DNA from: Neoechinorhynchus agilis
Lineage: Eukaryota > Animalia > Acanthocephala
NCBI GenBank assembly: GCA_051530055.1
Contig: CM121341.1
Coordinates: forward strand, 4,008,784 to 4,072,783
Length of the DNA: 64,000 nucleotides
Direction: 5' to 3'
Part shown: positions 62,370-64,000 of the stretch, piece by piece
Layout of the letters: each line of letters opens with the position of its first letter
Position numbering within the stretch: position 1 is the stretch's first letter
Made by a program: the position numbers and the translations under genes
Notes under the pieces: generated by a model
Databases searched by the model: none
What the model was told of the DNA's origin: nothing
Seen by the model: the letters and a program-made list of their open reading frames with translations, nothing else

Positions 62370-63251
62370 ATGGATGTTGAGTTTCAAGCAGTCGTTTCCG
62401 AGGTACGAAGCCATCTATCGCGATATTCCGGCCTTTTAGGCGAATTGGAAATTAGTGATAATCCGGATTTCGACTCTTTTTGGAAATCAATCACTTTTTT
62501 GTATAGCGAGAAGCATCCCTTCCGTTTCGTGATGAAATCGGTAAACGTTAGACAATTTTGTAATTGGATAGTTTTAATTGACCAAAATATTTGCTGGATT
62601 TTAAAGTCGGAAAAACATAAGAAATTCTCTAGTCGATCTTTAACGGAATAGTCCCTTTCAGTTTGAAAAAGTGATCACATTTCAATACTAGAAGCTGAAC
62701 AGTTCATTGACAACGAAATTAAACAGCTCGAATTATTTTTAAGTTCTCAGCAACGCCGAATAATTCAATTAGAAAACGAAATTAAATCGCTTCGCTCGGC
62801 ATTCGTACGGTTACAAGCGACGAAAATGCGCTTAATGGCATACCACGAGAACCGGAAAAAGCTTTTATTGACCGATTTGGACTGTGGAACTGATGTAACT
62901 CGGATCAATATGTTTTCAACTGAGCAATCATTGGAGAAGAAATGGCAATTTTCGAGTGCGTTGGACAATTTGATTGACCAAGGCACTGAGATAGTCCGAA
63001 ATTTAAAACCAACTTAACGTGTCTTTTACAAGGGAAAAGATCGAAGACTCGTTAAATTTGGATTACAACAGCAACGATTCGGGATTAGTCGTTCAATATC
63101 CCGTCTTTCGCTCTCTGAATGGACACTAACACGTTCAAAAGATTTAATAGAAGAGATCGGACACCGTGCTCGCTCTGACTGGATTATTCTGTTTATTGGA
63201 TCTGCTTTAATCATCCTTCTTATTGTGATGATCTATCGATTCCTTCTCTAA
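62370..63251 (+). CDS. GOSR2: Golgi Qb-SNARE membrin/Bos1-like, multi-exon
   Basis: LDNLIDQGTEI, GLQQQR...LTRS..LIEEIGHRARSDWIILFIG plus a C-terminal TM. QR-to-RA spacing (29 aa) equals that of human GOSR2 as recalled. Proposed 39-nt GT-AG intron at 62994-63032. Confidence 0.72.
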
Positions 63252-63559
63252 TTGATTAAATTCACTTTTCTTACTTCCACACGGAGTAATAATGCATATG
63301 AACACAAAGATCAATTGAACTACGAATCGGTACTGCATGAAGAAGCTATAACCTCGGTGGAAATCAAGGAGGGAAAATGGTATCAAGCAGTAATTGGCCG
63401 CTGTGATCGCAGAAAACCACGTCAAAACGTCGTAAAATCTCTTGCGTGATGGTGATTTCAAAAACAATGGACGGAACGATCGTCTATCAAACACAATCCG
63501 TCTTATATCTTCAGAGTAAGAAAAGTTAACTAGTTTTTTAAAATATTACATCTTATGAG

Positions 63560-64000
63560 GTAAAATTTCTTCAAAAAGGGCCTAGAAGCCTCCTTCGTCT
63601 AAAAAAGATGAAAGGATCTTTTATACGGACATTAATAAGACAATCTCTAAATTTTAGCGTTATCTTTAGATCTCTATACCTTTTTGAACTTTTAAGAATA
63701 GAGATTAAAAATCCTAGGTGAAATTTCTTCAAAAAAGCCCTAGAAGCCTTCTTTGTTTAAAAAAGTTGAAAAGACAATCTCTAAATTTTAGCGTTATCCT
63801 TAGATCTCTATACTTATTTGAACTTTTAAGAATAGAGATCAAAAATCCTAGGTGAAATTTCTTCAAAAAAGCCCTAGAAGCCTTCTTTGTTTAAAAAAGT
63901 TGAAAAGGCAATCTCTAAATTTTAGCGTTATCTTTAGATCTCTATACTTTTTTGAACTTTTAAGAATAGAGATCAAAAATCCTAGGTGAAATTTCTTCAA
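63560..64000. repeat. 134-bp tandem array, continues off the right edge
   Basis: CTAGGTGAAATTTCTTCAA at 63714, 63848, 63982. Confidence 0.92.

Noticed and set aside
63015-63017. In-frame TAA in membrin suggesting readthrough or a UAA=Gln code
   Set aside because: A 39-nt phase-0 GT-AG intron (62994-63032) with CTTAAC and a pyrimidine tract removes it. TAA and TGA both terminate well-conserved genes here.

Overview
AT-rich, compact animal genomic DNA. Where introns can be traced they are canonical GT-AG and about 40-60 nt. Recognisable genes: the C-terminal half of ISWI, SmF, NC2-alpha/DRAP1, exocyst Sec6/EXOC3, a GDE1-like GDPD, an MLLE-less PABP, two paralogous single-pass membrane proteins, a lone divergent histone H4 with its 3' stem-loop, tRNA-Arg(UCG), beta-TrCP, CDT2/DTL, RPL21, swiprosin/EFHD, striatin and membrin/GOSR2. 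Mobile DNA includes Penelope-like (GIY-YIG) remnants with minimal hammerhead ribozymes, CRE-clade (REL) remnants, two defective L2/CR1-group RT copies and MITE-like foldbacks. The dominant feature is about 14 unrelated tandem arrays covering roughly 30% of the window. Several were seeded from local sequence: a Penelope linker/GIY-YIG junction, a CRE endonuclease segment, a CDT2 exon end with its splice donor, a whole Sec6 mini-exon and the RPL21 3' UTR. Several array junctions show short microhomology. Other leads are an ISWI 3' half with a splice acceptor but no 5' exons in the 60 kb upstream, an operon-like Sec6-GDPD pair, and a GC-rich structured trailer behind the tRNA. No CRISPR or prokaryotic system is present. 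All assignments come from reading motifs, with no database searches. Indel noise in repeats suggests long-read errors, so copy numbers need read validation.
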